From: Candidatus Daviesbacteria bacterium RIFCSPLOWO2_01_FULL_39_23
GTDB lineage: Bacteria > Patescibacteriota > Microgenomatia > Daviesbacterales > UBA10151
Direction of reading: 5' to 3'
Assembly (NCBI GenBank): GCA_001776935.1
Contig: MFDN01000015.1
Location: 102,578 to 166,577, forward strand
DNA length: 64,000 nucleotides
Position 1 is the stretch's first letter. The number at the start of each line of letters is the position of its first letter. This document shows positions 1 to 11,100 of this stretch, piece by piece. The notes under the pieces are model-generated. The model was not told the origin of the DNA. It did no database searches and was given only the letters and a program-made list of their open reading frames with translations. The position numbers were made by a program, and so were the translations under genes.

Positions 1-1
1 T

Positions 2-1720
2 ACAGATGTTGAAACCCTGCCTTCCAGGATTCTAATCTACGGACACGAGGCTCTGGATTTAAAGGGGCATTTATTGTCTTTCTCATGGATGTCAAAGCTT
101 TCGTTCCTGCATTTTCCCAAAATAGAGGTTTTAAATGATGATGTTGAAATTAAGAGTGTTTGTTTAGCCGGGGGATCAGAAATACAAAGCGGTGTTAAAT
201 TTGTTGAGCAGCCTATTCAGCAAACCAAAGTTGAATCAAAACCTTCGCACCCGATTGCTGCTCATGAAGAAAAAGAGGCAGCCGGCGAAGACTCCGGTTC
301 TGTTGATAAAACCGAAATACCGGCTGATCGGGTAGGTGCGTTTAACGAAAAGGAAGTAGTTAGCGGCGAAGATTTCGGTTTTATGGCAGGAGATGTATCC
401 GGTCAGATTAAAGAGGAAGATGAAATGAAAGAAGATGCGGTTATTCCTGTGGAAGAGTCATTATCAGAGATTGAAGACTTTGAATTTCAGCCACAGTCTC
501 CTGCGCCTCAGCGGCACGAGGCGATGAATGCATCTAAAGAAGGAAGCAGGATAAAGAAAAGGATTAAGTTTGGAAGTCTGGTCCCCAAAAATCTCACAGC
601 GGTCTTAGTTTTAATAGGAATAATATCCATTATAGCTTTAGCAGGAGGCGCTTATTTAATCCTTCCAAAAGCAGAAGTAAAGGTATTTGTAGAACCGAAA
701 ATTTTGGAAAAAGATGCAACTGTTATTGCTGATCCTAACCAAAAAACCATTAATGAGGAAGGTAAGATAATTCCCGGACAAATTATAGAAACAGAAGTAT
801 CAGGATCTGCAAAAGATCAGGCTTCCGGAAAAAGAAAGGTTGGCGATCCTGCTAAAGGAACTGTTGTAATTATTAACAATACCTCTGGGGGGCAAAATTT
901 TTCTGCGGGTACAATTCTTACATCTGCTTCGGGCATTAAATTTAAATTGGATAATACGGCTTCTGTTTCCGCCACTTTGCTTGATTCTGACTCAAAAAGC
1001 AAAGTCACTGCAATGGTGACTGCTTTAGAGATAGGAGCTGATGGCAATATTTCTTCTGAAACAAACTTAACTGTCGGTAATTTCTCTTCGTCGCAATTTG
1101 TTGCCAAGGCCCAGGGAAATTTTTCCGGGGGGAACTCTAAGGAAGTGGCGGTTGTTTCAGATGGCGATCAAAAAAGGCTTCTTGCCTCTTTAGCCTCAGA
1201 TTTACGAAAACAGGCGCAGCAAAAACTTCAGGAAAAACTATCCGGTCAGAAGATTTTGGAGGAAGCATTATCAGAAACTATTGTCAGTAAAAGCTATAAT
1301 AAAAATATAAATGATACTGCCAATGAATTCTCCTTGAATATGAAAATTCGCTACAAAGGTACTGCTTTTGAAGATAAGGATTTAAGATTGATTGTTTCCA
1401 AGTTAGTGGATACACAAGTGCCGGATGGTTTTATGCTGGATATTTCTGGCACAGAAACTCAGGCAGACGTTTCTAAGCTGGAAAAAGACGGTAAGCTTGT
1501 ATTTTTAGCAAAGTTTAAGGCAAAGATGCTTCCAAGTATTGATACTGAAAAAATCAAAAATCAGATTAAATTTAAAACTCCCCAAGAGGCTGAAAACCTG
1601 ATAAAGGGGATGAACAACGTTTTGGGTTCCGAGATTAAAATAACACCAAGCTTGCCAAAGATGCTTGAGCGCATACCCTATTTTTCCAAAAATATCCAGG
1701 TTGAAGTGGGACTTAAATGA
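2..1720 (+). CDS. Membrane-anchored protein with C-terminal baseplate J/gp47-like domain (5' truncated by window edge)
   Basis: The frame is open from position 2. An acidic linker and one TM helix (LTAVLVLIGIISIIALAGGAYLIL) precede a GDPAKGTVVIINN...AGT...GADGNI...FSGG region typical of CPR baseplate-J-like proteins. Confidence 0.6.
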   Translation, partial: TDVETLPSRILIYGHEALDLKGHLLSFSWMSKLSFLHFPKIEVLNDDVEIKSVCLAGGSEIQSGVKFVEQPIQQTKVESKPSHPIAAHEEKEAAGEDSGSVDKTEIPADRVGAFNEKEVVSGEDFGFMAGDVSGQIKEEDEMKEDAVIPVEESLSEIEDFEFQPQSPAPQRHEAMNASKEGSRIKKRIKFGSLVPKNLTAVLVLIGIISIIALAGGAYLILPKAEVKVFVEPKILEKDATVIADPNQKTINEEGKIIPGQIIETEVSGSAKDQASGKRKVGDPAKGTVVIINNTSGGQNFSAGTILTSASGIKFKLDNTASVSATLLDSDSKSKVTAMVTALEIGADGNISSETNLTVGNFSSSQFVAKAQGNFSGGNSKEVAVVSDGDQKRLLASLASDLRKQAQQKLQEKLSGQKILEEALSETIVSKSYNKNINDTANEFSLNMKIRYKGTAFEDKDLRLIVSKLVDTQVPDGFMLDISGTETQADVSKLEKDGKLVFLAKFKAKMLPSIDTEKIKNQIKFKTPQEAENLIKGMNNVLGSEIKITPSLPKMLERIPYFSKNIQVEVGLK

Positions 1721-2346
1721 AGTTTGTGTCGCTTGGGCTTTTATCATTTGGAATTATTCTTCTGATGCAGGTTATTTCCCCGGTAATTTCATTCCAGATC
1801 TTTTCAATTGGCCAAAAGGCCAATAATCAAAGTTTAATAAGTCCCATGAGCGAAAGCGGAAGCATTTTAGGAGTTTCCGTTCAAAACCGGAATAATTTTC
1901 CTCTTTTTATTTCTTCTCTGGTAAGGCAGACTCAGGCAAATTATGACAGTTTTTATTTGACTATCCCCAAACTGAAAATGGAAAGAAATAATGTATATGT
2001 TGATAGCAATGATCTTTCTCAGGGTCTTATTCATCTTCCGGGTTCTGCATTACCGGGGGAGAAAGGTAATATGTTTATTTCCGGCCATTCCGCGGTTAAT
2101 GGGTTTTTGGCTGGTCAAAAAGCCCCTTTTGCAAAACTTACGGAATTAAAGAAAAATGATGAAATTTTAGTGGAAGCTGCAGAAAATAAATTCGTTTATC
2201 AAGTTGTGGAGATAAAAATTGTTGACCCAAGCGATGTAGCTGTTATTTCAGCGCCAGACCTTTTAGGAAGGTATATTTCTTTAATGACTTGTGTGCCTCC
2301 CGGATTAAACTTTAAAAGACTGGTAGTAATTGGTAAAATGATATAA
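1717..2346 (+). CDS. Sortase (class D/E-like)
   Basis: N-terminal TM segment, HLPGSALPGEKGN..ISGH, SLMTC catalytic motif and downstream Arg (KRLVV). Confidence 0.85.
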   Translation: MKFVSLGLLSFGIILLMQVISPVISFQIFSIGQKANNQSLISPMSESGSILGVSVQNRNNFPLFISSLVRQTQANYDSFYLTIPKLKMERNNVYVDSNDLSQGLIHLPGSALPGEKGNMFISGHSAVNGFLAGQKAPFAKLTELKKNDEILVEAAENKFVYQVVEIKIVDPSDVAVISAPDLLGRYISLMTCVPPGLNFKRLVVIGKMI

Positions 2347-2355
2347 ACATATCCC

Positions 2356-2493
2356 GTCATCCTGAGCAATTAGCGAAGGATCTCTGTTCTACGAAGTAGT
2401 TGCTCTGCAACACTTTTTTCAGACACGTCAATGTTACTTGCATTCGCAAGAGATTCTTCGTACGTTCATGAAACTGAACGTACTCAGAATGAC
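2356..2493. repeat. REP-like inverted pair (REPIN-like), no nuclease
   Basis: Left arm GTCATCCTGAGCAATTAGCGAAGGATCTC (2356-2384). Right arm GAGATTCTTCG...CTCAGAATGAC (2450-2493) with an internal hairpin GTACGTTCA/TGAACGTAC. Confidence 0.85.
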
Positions 2494-2513
2494 AAATATT
2501 GTATGATATTGTG

Positions 2514-2903
2514 ATGAAATATCTGGGAATTGATTTTGGGCTCAGAAAAATTGGTTTGGCTGTTTCAGAAGGCGAGCTTGCTTCCCCTTGGCAGATCCTA
2601 GCAGTTAAAGGATTTTCTGATGCTATAGAAAAGACTTCCCAGATTATAAAAGAGGGAAATTTTGAGAAAATAATTATTGGTTTGCCGGAGGGTAAAATGG
2701 GACAGGTTGTTAAAGGTTTTGTAAATGCCTTGAAAAAAAACGGTATTGATGTAGAAACCGCAGATGAAACCTTATCTTCAAAAAAAGGTTTGAAGGCAAT
2801 GATTAAGGCAGGTATAGGCGTTAAAAACCGCAGGAATGAAGATGCTTTTTCTGCAGCAGGGATACTGCAGGATTATTTGGATTCCCGTGATTTGCCATTA
2901 TGA
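2514..2903 (+). CDS. ruvX: Holliday junction resolvase-like RuvX/YqgF (pre-16S rRNA nuclease)
   Basis: MKYLGIDFGLRKIGLAVS, IIIGLP, DETLSS and DAFSAAGILQDYL motifs; lies next to mltG. Confidence 0.9.
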   Translation: MKYLGIDFGLRKIGLAVSEGELASPWQILAVKGFSDAIEKTSQIIKEGNFEKIIIGLPEGKMGQVVKGFVNALKKNGIDVETADETLSSKKGLKAMIKAGIGVKNRRNEDAFSAAGILQDYLDSRDLPL

Positions 2904-3868
2904 AGAAAATAATTTGGTTAGCTATAATCGTTGTATTAATATTTTTTTTGGCAATGGGGTGGTGGAATAGGCAACTTTCTTTTGTTTCTTCAGATAAATC
3001 CGCCAAAGTATTTGTAATCGCAAAAGGAGCTGGGGTTTCGGAAATTGCCAAAAAGCTCAAAAGTGAAGGACTTATTAAATCAGAACTTGTTTTTAAAATC
3101 TATGTTAAACAAAATAACTTAACAAATAAACTTCAGGCAGGCTCGCATAAGCTTTCTCCTTCAATGACTGCGCAGGAAATACTCAAAACTTTGCAGAAAG
3201 GCAGTGAGGACAGCTGGATAACTTTGATTGAGGGCTGGCGGATAGAAGAAATGGCAACCGAGATAAATTCCAAATTCCAAATCCCAAATTCAAAATTTTT
3301 GGAACTGGCAAAAGAGGGATATATGTTTCCCGATACCTACCTTTTTCCTAAAGAAAGCACAGAAGAGCAAATAGTAAAAAAACTAAGAGAAACTTTTAAT
3401 ATAAGATACACAGATGAGATAAAAGCGAAAATAAAGAAATTGGGTTTAACAGAAGAAGAGGGGGTAATTTTGGCATCCATAGTAGAAAGAGAAGCCCGTT
3501 CTGATGGGGTAAGGCAAATGGTGGCCTCGATTCTTTTAAAAAGATTTAAAATCGGAATGGGTTTGAATGCGGATGCAACAGTTCAATATGCTTTGGTTCC
3601 AAAGGGGTCGAAAAATCCGCCAGCCGGCGGATGGTGGAAAAGACACTTGTCCAGAGAGGATCTTAAAATAGATTCCTCATATAATACTTATATTCACAGA
3701 GGTTTGCCTCCGGCACCGATTGCAAATCCGGGGGTTTCATCATTAAAAGCAGTAGCAGAGGCTGATTCTTCCACTCCTTATCTTTATTATTACCATGATT
3801 CAAAAGGAAATTCTTATTATGGTAAAACTTTAGAAGAGCATAATCAAAATATAGCTAGTTATCCATAA
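2900..3868 (+). CDS. mltG: Endolytic transglycosylase MltG
   Basis: N-terminal TM, ITLIEGW, EGYMFPDTY, LASIVEREA, YNTY..GLPPAPIANPG motifs. Confidence 0.93.
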   Translation: MKKIIWLAIIVVLIFFLAMGWWNRQLSFVSSDKSAKVFVIAKGAGVSEIAKKLKSEGLIKSELVFKIYVKQNNLTNKLQAGSHKLSPSMTAQEILKTLQKGSEDSWITLIEGWRIEEMATEINSKFQIPNSKFLELAKEGYMFPDTYLFPKESTEEQIVKKLRETFNIRYTDEIKAKIKKLGLTEEEGVILASIVEREARSDGVRQMVASILLKRFKIGMGLNADATVQYALVPKGSKNPPAGGWWKRHLSREDLKIDSSYNTYIHRGLPPAPIANPGVSSLKAVAEADSSTPYLYYYHDSKGNSYYGKTLEEHNQNIASYP

Positions 3869-4074
3869 CTTTATTGACACTTTTGGTCGCAAAAGTGTCC
3901 AAAACTCCTGCAAGTGATGTTCGAGCTAAAAACTCTTCGCTCGTTAACGGGGGCTCACCCCCTCGGATATTCACTAATCGTTCAGTATCCGGTTCCCCCT
4001 GTTGCCTCGCTCCGAGTTTTTTTAACGCTCTCTGCATCAATTGCAGTAATAAATAAGCTATAATCCTAATAATT

Positions 4075-4488
4075 ATGAACAAATTTTGGGGTAAAGTTAG
4101 AAAACATAATCAAAGAGGAAAGAAGCTGGGTTTTCCTACTGCCAATGTAAATTTGAGGAAAAAAATCCCGGAAGGAATATATATTTCTCAAACTAAGATA
4201 GGACAAAATTTATTTCCATCACTTACTTTTATCGGCATTGCCAGGACTTTTGAAGAAAAAAACTTTCGTGCAGAAACCTATATTTTGGATTTTGAAAAAA
4301 ACATTTATGATAAATGGATTTCGGTTAAATTGATAAAAAAAATCCGGGATAATAAAAAATTTTCCTCTATCCCGGAGCTGATTGCTCAAATGGAAAAAGA
4401 TGAGCAGGTAGCCAGAAAATATTTTAAAATGAAAGAGGGTTTGTATGAATTAGGTATGAAAATACCAAAATTTGAAAGATTTGGTTGA
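4075..4488 (+). CDS. Riboflavin kinase (stand-alone RibF C-terminal domain)
   Basis: RGKKLGFPTAN, EGIY, ETYILDF..NIYD and IRDNKKFSS..EL..QM..D motifs. Confidence 0.88.
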   Translation: MNKFWGKVRKHNQRGKKLGFPTANVNLRKKIPEGIYISQTKIGQNLFPSLTFIGIARTFEEKNFRAETYILDFEKNIYDKWISVKLIKKIRDNKKFSSIPELIAQMEKDEQVARKYFKMKEGLYELGMKIPKFERFG

Positions 4489-4524
4489 AATTTCCTTCCC
4501 AATCACCTATAGTTTGATCTTTAT

Positions 4525-5691
4525 ATGTTCAAAAAACAGGAAAATATTTTAGAAAAAATTTATGATTCTGCGCTTAGATTTCTAACGCCGTTAAGCTTGG
4601 AAGAAACTTATGAGTTGATAATCAAAGAGGCTTTAAGGTTAGTTAAGGCAGAATTTGGCTCAATTTTCCTTCCTGAGGATGGGGAATTTAAAAGGGTATA
4701 TACTAACAATCCAGCGCTTCTCAACATCAAAGTCAGGAAAAAGGGGGTGACTTATAAAGTATTCCAAACCGGAATTCCCACAGTAGTTCATGCAGAGACT
4801 CTTCGCCGGGTTCATCCATATAAATCATTCGGGATTGAGGTAAGATCTGATGTGGTATTGCCGCTTTCGACCAAGGGCAAACCATTTGGAGCTTTAAGTT
4901 TAATGTCAGCTAAGGAACACAGTTTTACTGAGCAGGAATTAGAGTTGTTGAAATTTTTCGGGCCTTTTGCCAGTTTGGCTATAACTAAAGCCCGGCTTTA
5001 TCAGGAGACAAAAGAGGCTTTAGAGGCACGTTCTGTTTTTATTTCTATGGCTGCACACGAGCTTAGGACACCAATTACCACTATATATGGGTATGCTCAA
5101 TTATTAGAAAGGAAAACTAACGGCACAAAAGAAATTGAGGGAAAGTGGATAAAAGAGCTGCATACAGAGACTCATAGGCTGTCGCTGCTGGTAAATGATT
5201 TATTGGAAATCAATAGAATTAATTCTGGTCACTCCCATTATATTTTCAAAAGTTGTAACCTGAAAAATATTATCGATGAAGCTATTAAAACTTTTAATAA
5301 GGATCACCCTAATAGGGTAATGCTTGTGGAAGATGAAACTAAAGAAGAGAAATGTAATGTTATCGGAGATTTCAATAAATTGCTTCAGATGATTTTAAAT
5401 TTATTAGATAATGCAGAGAAATTCTCCGCTAAAAATATTATTCTTAAACTGAAATATCAAAAATCGGATTATATTATTCAAATTCAGGATAAAGGAGAAG
5501 GTATTGGAGAAAAAGATATCCCTAAGTTGTTTGAAGTTTATCAAAGGGGCAGCACTGACAGGGAAGGAATCGGATTAGGTTTGTTTTTGGCTAAAAATAT
5601 TATCGAAAGGCACAGGGGTTCAATCGATATAAAATCAAAACGGGGAAAAGGTACAATTGTAACATTAAGATTTCCGAGAATCCGTTTATAA
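4525..5691 (+). CDS. GAF-domain sensor histidine kinase (orphan, cytoplasmic)
   Basis: GAF-like N-terminus, H-box AHELRTPIT, N-box NLLDNAEKF, G-boxes DKGEGI and GIGLGL. Confidence 0.9.
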   Translation: MFKKQENILEKIYDSALRFLTPLSLEETYELIIKEALRLVKAEFGSIFLPEDGEFKRVYTNNPALLNIKVRKKGVTYKVFQTGIPTVVHAETLRRVHPYKSFGIEVRSDVVLPLSTKGKPFGALSLMSAKEHSFTEQELELLKFFGPFASLAITKARLYQETKEALEARSVFISMAAHELRTPITTIYGYAQLLERKTNGTKEIEGKWIKELHTETHRLSLLVNDLLEINRINSGHSHYIFKSCNLKNIIDEAIKTFNKDHPNRVMLVEDETKEEKCNVIGDFNKLLQMILNLLDNAEKFSAKNIILKLKYQKSDYIIQIQDKGEGIGEKDIPKLFEVYQRGSTDREGIGLGLFLAKNIIERHRGSIDIKSKRGKGTIVTLRFPRIRL

Positions 5692-5726
5692 CCACTTTGT
5701 TATGTTTTAATTTATTGTCTTGCTGT

Positions 5727-7157
5727 TTATGTGACTTCGTTTTTCTCTATTAAAGGGGGATTATTTAAGACAATAATTGTGTCTTCTTCGGGATTCTTTG
5801 TATAAGTTTTTCCAACCTTTTCCATTATTCGTCCAGAAGCGAGAATGATTAAAAAATCGTGAATTGATTTTACTAGTCCTCCGCCTAAAAGCCTGGTTGT
5901 TTCTATATTCTCTTCTATTAATTTTTTGAGTATAGGATTACCTATCTCGTTGATAAACTCAGATTCGATTTTTACAAACACCTGATCTGTTGCTTTTCTG
6001 CCTATTGTTGCGCCTACTGCTGCTATAGCATAAATATAGTTCAAAGCGTTAATTATTTCTTGAGGTATATTAAGATTCAATCTCTGATTTGTATCTCTGT
6101 ATTGGGATTTTAACACTGCTGCTATAGCTGTTATAGTTGCATCAACCTGTTCAACACTGCCCCCTTTGGGGGTTTCTTCCAATTTTTCATAAGAAGAAAA
6201 AGGGCGTAATCCCAGTGTTGATGCTAACCTATTACAGGTTTCTAAACCTGAACTATCCCTTGTTTTTATCGTTTCCTGCACTTGTTGACGGAGTTCCACA
6301 TATAGTTTCATTCTGGGGCCTGGTAACATGCCGACATAGCCAATATGTACAAACTTACTGATATCCTCAAAATCCAGCAATCCTTCACTTAAGCTTCTTA
6401 CCATGTCTACCCCAAATGTCCTATACCGTGTATTTGTAAATTCTGGTTCTTCTGTCTTTGTAAAGGGTTCGCTTAGCAGTTTTTTTAAACCGGCAGCTTG
6501 TTCTTCTTCTGGGGCAGTAATCCCGGGTTTATCAATGATAAGTAGCTTATACGGTGTTCTAGTTCTAAGTTCACGCGCTAAATCGATTTTAATAGCAACA
6601 TCGTTAACGCAAAGAAATTCCAGCGGATAAGGCTTATCGTGTTGAATTTGGCCGGGGAGCCTGAGTAAATTACCTACTATATTTGGTACATACTTTCCCC
6701 ATTCATCCATTGTTTTGAGCCCTGTCCATTTGGCTATACCGACAACCAAGGCGTTGAACTTTACTTTCAGTTCGTTAGGCAAATCATCGCCTACTTCGAT
6801 ACACTTTTGTACGTCTCTTATCATAGTTAATTCTCTTCTTTCTATTGCATCCCAACCGATCACTTTTATATCGGGTACATATGAATTTTCTATCTCCTGT
6901 GCTCTTAATTGTGCATAAGGCAAAATAAGGCTATTTGCCAGAGTGGTTTTGCCTGCACCTCCCGGACCTTCAATAAATAGGGCATGAGCAGTAGATTCTC
7001 CGGTTTGAATATAGCGATCCATGAACCTGCTCATAAAAACATCAAGTCCGGGCATTCCTGATGCATAGTAAATCCTTTCATAAACAGCCATTCTTTGTTC
7101 CAGATTTGTGCGCTCTGGGTGGCTGTCAATATGTTCAAGTTCAGGTTGTCTGCTCAT
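5727..7157 (-). CDS. Hypothetical protein with Walker A P-loop
   Basis: 476-aa ORF with LFIEGPGGAGKTT and a possible Walker B (LLIID); no family recognised. Confidence 0.65.
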   Translation of the reverse strand: MSRQPELEHIDSHPERTNLEQRMAVYERIYYASGMPGLDVFMSRFMDRYIQTGESTAHALFIEGPGGAGKTTLANSLILPYAQLRAQEIENSYVPDIKVIGWDAIERRELTMIRDVQKCIEVGDDLPNELKVKFNALVVGIAKWTGLKTMDEWGKYVPNIVGNLLRLPGQIQHDKPYPLEFLCVNDVAIKIDLARELRTRTPYKLLIIDKPGITAPEEEQAAGLKKLLSEPFTKTEEPEFTNTRYRTFGVDMVRSLSEGLLDFEDISKFVHIGYVGMLPGPRMKLYVELRQQVQETIKTRDSSGLETCNRLASTLGLRPFSSYEKLEETPKGGSVEQVDATITAIAAVLKSQYRDTNQRLNLNIPQEIINALNYIYAIAAVGATIGRKATDQVFVKIESEFINEIGNPILKKLIEENIETTRLLGGGLVKSIHDFLIILASGRIMEKVGKTYTKNPEEDTIIVLNNPPLIEKNEVT

Positions 7158-7239
7158 AAATTAGAGTAATTTAAGGAATAATTTTAAACAGGAATTACTG
7201 GTTTTAATTTCGGCGCAAGTATACCATGTATGGATAAGT

Positions 7240-7959
7240 TTATCTAATGAAAAAGGTTGAGGAAGTTGAGCTTTGATGATTTAAAGAATCTAGGATTGGA
7301 GGAATCTCTCTGATATCTTTTACTACGTAATCTGCTAAAGAAAAATCCGCTGTCTTCCTATTATGGTCAGCTTCTAATGCAATAAGTGTCAGCTTGGCCT
7401 CTTTAGCTGCTTTAAACCCGGGAGTAGAATCTTCCACTGCTACACATTCTCTCGGATTAAGACCAAACCTTCTGGCCATTTTCTGGTAAATTGCAGGATG
7501 AGGTTTCCCGTTTCTAACATCATCTTTATACAAACAAACGTTAAAAAAACGTAAAAGATCATACCTTTTAAGAAAAGGTTCAGCATTTGTTCTTCTTTGA
7601 GAAGTTGTCAATGCAAGAGGATAACCGCTTGATGATAAAGTCTGTAACACTTCTTCAAGGTGCTCAACCGGTTGGATTGCACCCCCTTGGTAGGCTTCTG
7701 CTATTCGTCCTTTGTGAATTCTAAACATTTCTGATAGAGGACGTCCAAGTCCCTGTGCTGCGCAGATAGTTCTTGCTGAGTCCGTAAACCTGAAGCCGGT
7801 ATGTTGGGCCATAAAATCTTCATCGGCACGGATATCAAATTCAGTTAAAATGCCAGCTTCTATCTTTCCGATTACCTCTTCTGACCTAGCAGAAGTTCCA
7901 TCGAAATCAAAACCAACTCCGCATTTTTTCCTAGCAGAACAGCGCACTACTTCAGTCAT
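7240..7959 (-). CDS. HAD-superfamily phosphatase (beta-PGM/CbbY-like)
   Basis: DFDGT motif I, LTTS motif II, GKPHP and VEDS..G motifs III/IV. Confidence 0.88.
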   Translation of the reverse strand: MTEVVRCSARKKCGVGFDFDGTSARSEEVIGKIEAGILTEFDIRADEDFMAQHTGFRFTDSARTICAAQGLGRPLSEMFRIHKGRIAEAYQGGAIQPVEHLEEVLQTLSSSGYPLALTTSQRRTNAEPFLKRYDLLRFFNVCLYKDDVRNGKPHPAIYQKMARRFGLNPRECVAVEDSTPGFKAAKEAKLTLIALEADHNRKTADFSLADYVVKDIREIPPILDSLNHQSSTSSTFFIR

Positions 7960-8082
7960 AATCGTAAATTATACCCTATAATCTTAGATATAGGAAACCC
8001 CTCCTTTTGTGGAATAAATTAAATTATGATAATAGAATAATAAATCAACCAGAGGAAGGTAAGAATCCTGTGAGATTGCCTC

Positions 8083-8111
8083 TTGACCTATATTTTTATT
8101 TGTGGTAAATT
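8083..8111 (+). promoter_or_regulatory. sigma70-type promoter for rpoBC
   Basis: TTGACC, 17-nt spacer, TAAATT with an extended TGn. Confidence 0.55.
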
Positions 8112-8194
8112 ACCTTTAATTAAATAGAAAAAAAGACAGGCGTACGGATACGTATGCTTTCTTTTGTTGATCCTGTCCCAAGGCCATCTACAAA

Positions 8195-11100
8195 ATGCGA
8201 TCAAACTTAACTGAAACACAAAGCAATGTGCGTAAATATTTTAGCAAGCCTCCTGCTTCGCTTCCTCAGCTTAACTTAATTCAAATTCAACTTGACTCCT
8301 ATAACTGGTTTTTGGAAACCGGGATTAGGGAAGTCTTAGAAGAGATCTCCCCTGTTGAGGATTTCACAGGAAAAAATTGGACCCTAGAATTAGGGTCTTT
8401 TTATTTCGGCAAAGGCAAATATACTGCTGAGGAAGCCTCCAGCAAAGGGGTGACCTATGATGCGCCATTAAAAATCGAGGCGATTTTGACCAATAAACAA
8501 ACAGGTCAAAGATACAAACAGGATGTATTTTTAGGCGATATTCCCCAAATGACTGATAAAGGCACCTTTATCATAAATGGTGTAGAAAGAGTCATTATTA
8601 ATCAGTTGGTACGTTCGCCGGGAGTGTTTTTCCAGGCTTCTGATGATCCGATTACCGGCAGAAGATTATATTCTGCAGAAATCCGTCCATACCGTGGATC
8701 ATGGCTTGAATTCTCCGTTACGCGAGGCGGAGTTTTAACAGCAAAGATTGACAGAAGAAGAAAATTTGCTGCTACAACCTTACTTCGTGCTTTAGGGTTT
8801 TCCGATAATGAATCAATCCTGAAGCTTTTTGCAGATGTTGACACCGGAGCAGATAAATTTATCGATGCAACTTTAGCAAAAGACTCTACTGCCAATACTG
8901 ATGAAGCCTTGCTTGAAATTTTCAGAAAAATGCGCCCCGGGGATCCTGTTGTTTTGGAAAATGCCAAACAGCTTCTGGCTGGTATGTTTTTTAATTCAAG
9001 GCGCTACAATTTGATTAAGGTCGGAAGATATAAAATTAATAAAAGGTTAGGCTTAGATATACCCAACACTCCTGAAAACTGGATCTTAACCAAAGACGAT
9101 ATTATTGCTACCTTAAAATATCTTATTAAATTGTCTCATGGTGAAGGCAAGCTTGATGATATAGATCATCTTGCCAACAGGCGCGTGAGGTGTGCAGGGG
9201 AATTGGTACAGCAAAATGCATTCAGAATCGGAGTTTTAAGACTGGAACGCATCATTAAAGAAAGAATGAGTCTGACAGCAGCAGATCAGGAAGTTTCAGC
9301 AGGAGGACTTATAAATGCCAAACCGGTGATTGCCGCTATTAATGAATTCTTCAGGTCTTCTCAGCTTTCTTCTATTCTAGATCAGGTGAATCCTTTGTCT
9401 GAACTGGACCATTTAAGACGGCTTTCTGTTATGGGAACAGGTGGTATCACAAGAGACCGGGCTTCGTTTTCTGTTCGTGATATTAATCATTCTCAGTACG
9501 GAAGAATTGATCCTATCCGGTCTCCGGAAGGTCAAAATATTGGTTTGGTTACTTATCTTGCTTTGTATGCGCGTATAAATGAATATGGGTTTTTGGAGAC
9601 TCCGTATAAAAAAGTGGTGCTAAAAGGCGGTAAGCCGCAGGTTACTGATGAAATGATTTATTTTACAGCAGATGATGAGGAAGATTATCATATCACCGAG
9701 GCAACGGTTGCAGTTGATGATAAGGGTTTTATTTTAGATGAAAGGGTTCCAACCCGCTTCCGGGGAAGTTTTTTTGAAGGACCGGCAAAGGAAATTTCCT
9801 TAATTGATATCTCTCCGCAACAAATTTTTGGTACATCTGCCTCGCTTATTCCGTTTTTGGCAAATGATGATGCAAACAGGGCTCTGATGGGTACGCAAAT
9901 GCAGTGTCAGGCAGTTCCGCTGCTTAAGCCAACCGCGCCTATTGTCGGAACAGGGATGGAGGGGGTTGTTGGCGATAATATGGGAAGAGTTGTTCGGGCT
10001 GTGGATGATGGGGTAATAAAATATGCAGACGGCAAGAAAGTGATTTTAAAGACAGCACACCCCTCCTCCGGAGGTAAAGATACGGAATTAAAATATGAAA
10101 TCAAAAAATTCATCCATTCGCCGCAAGGGACTTGTTATTCCCAAAAAGCAGTAGTGACCGTAGATCAAAAAGTCAAAAAGGGAGATCTTTTAATTGATGG
10201 TGCAGCCTGCGATAACGGCGAGCTGGCGTTGGGTCAGAATTTGCTTATTGCTTATATGAGCTTTGAGGGTTTGGGGTATGAAGATGCTATTGTTATTTCA
10301 GACAGGCTGGTTAAAGATGATGTTTTAACTTCTATTCATATCGAAGAATATGAAGTGGATGTTGTTGAAACCAAGCTTGGACCGGAGGAATTAACCCGTG
10401 ATATTCCGAATGTGGCTGAAGATGCCCTGATTAATTTAGATGACGGCGGAATTGTCAGGATTGGAGCAGAAGTTGGGCCGAATGATATTTTAGTTGGCAA
10501 AGTACAGCCTAAGGGCGAAACTGAACTTACTGCAGAAGAAAGATTACTGCGCGCAATTTTTGGTGAAAAGGCTAAAGAAGTAAGAGATACATCCCTGCGG
10601 ATTCCTCATGGAGAAAGAGGTACTGTTATCGGGGTGCAAATTCTCGCGCGGGACGAAGGGGACGAATTGGATACCGGAACAATGATGAGGATTAAGGTTA
10701 AAGTGGCGCAAATGAGAAAAGTAACAGAAGGAGATAAGCTTGCAGGCCGCCACGGAAATAAGGGAGTTATCTCAAGAATCGTTCCGGCCTCAGACATGCC
10801 GCATCTTGAAGATGGGACACCGATTGATATAATTATTTCTCCTCTGTCAGTTCTTTCCAGGATGAATTTGGGACAGCTTTTGGAAACCCATTGGGGACAC
10901 GTGGCGAAGAGTTTGGGTTATAAAATAGCTGCACCTGTTTTTGAAAAGATTCCGGAAGAAAAAATGATTGAGGAGTTTAGAAGGGCAGGATTGCCTGTTG
11001 AAGGCAAAATGAAGCTTTTTGACGGAAGAACAGGTCAGCCGTTTGAGAATACCATTGTAGTAGGCAGGAATTACATCCTTAAGCTTATTCATATGGTTGA

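Noticed and set aside
2-1720. Baseplate J-like gene as a sign of a prophage or contractile injection system
   Set aside because: No other phage or tail genes are nearby; the protein is membrane-anchored and sits among housekeeping genes.
3855-4082. Short ORFs on both strands between mltG and the riboflavin kinase, with the hairpin GACACTTTTG/CAAAAGTGTC at 3876-3899
   Set aside because: No recognisable motif. A ~60-aa minus-strand peptide is possible but unsupported, and the hairpin may simply be a terminator.
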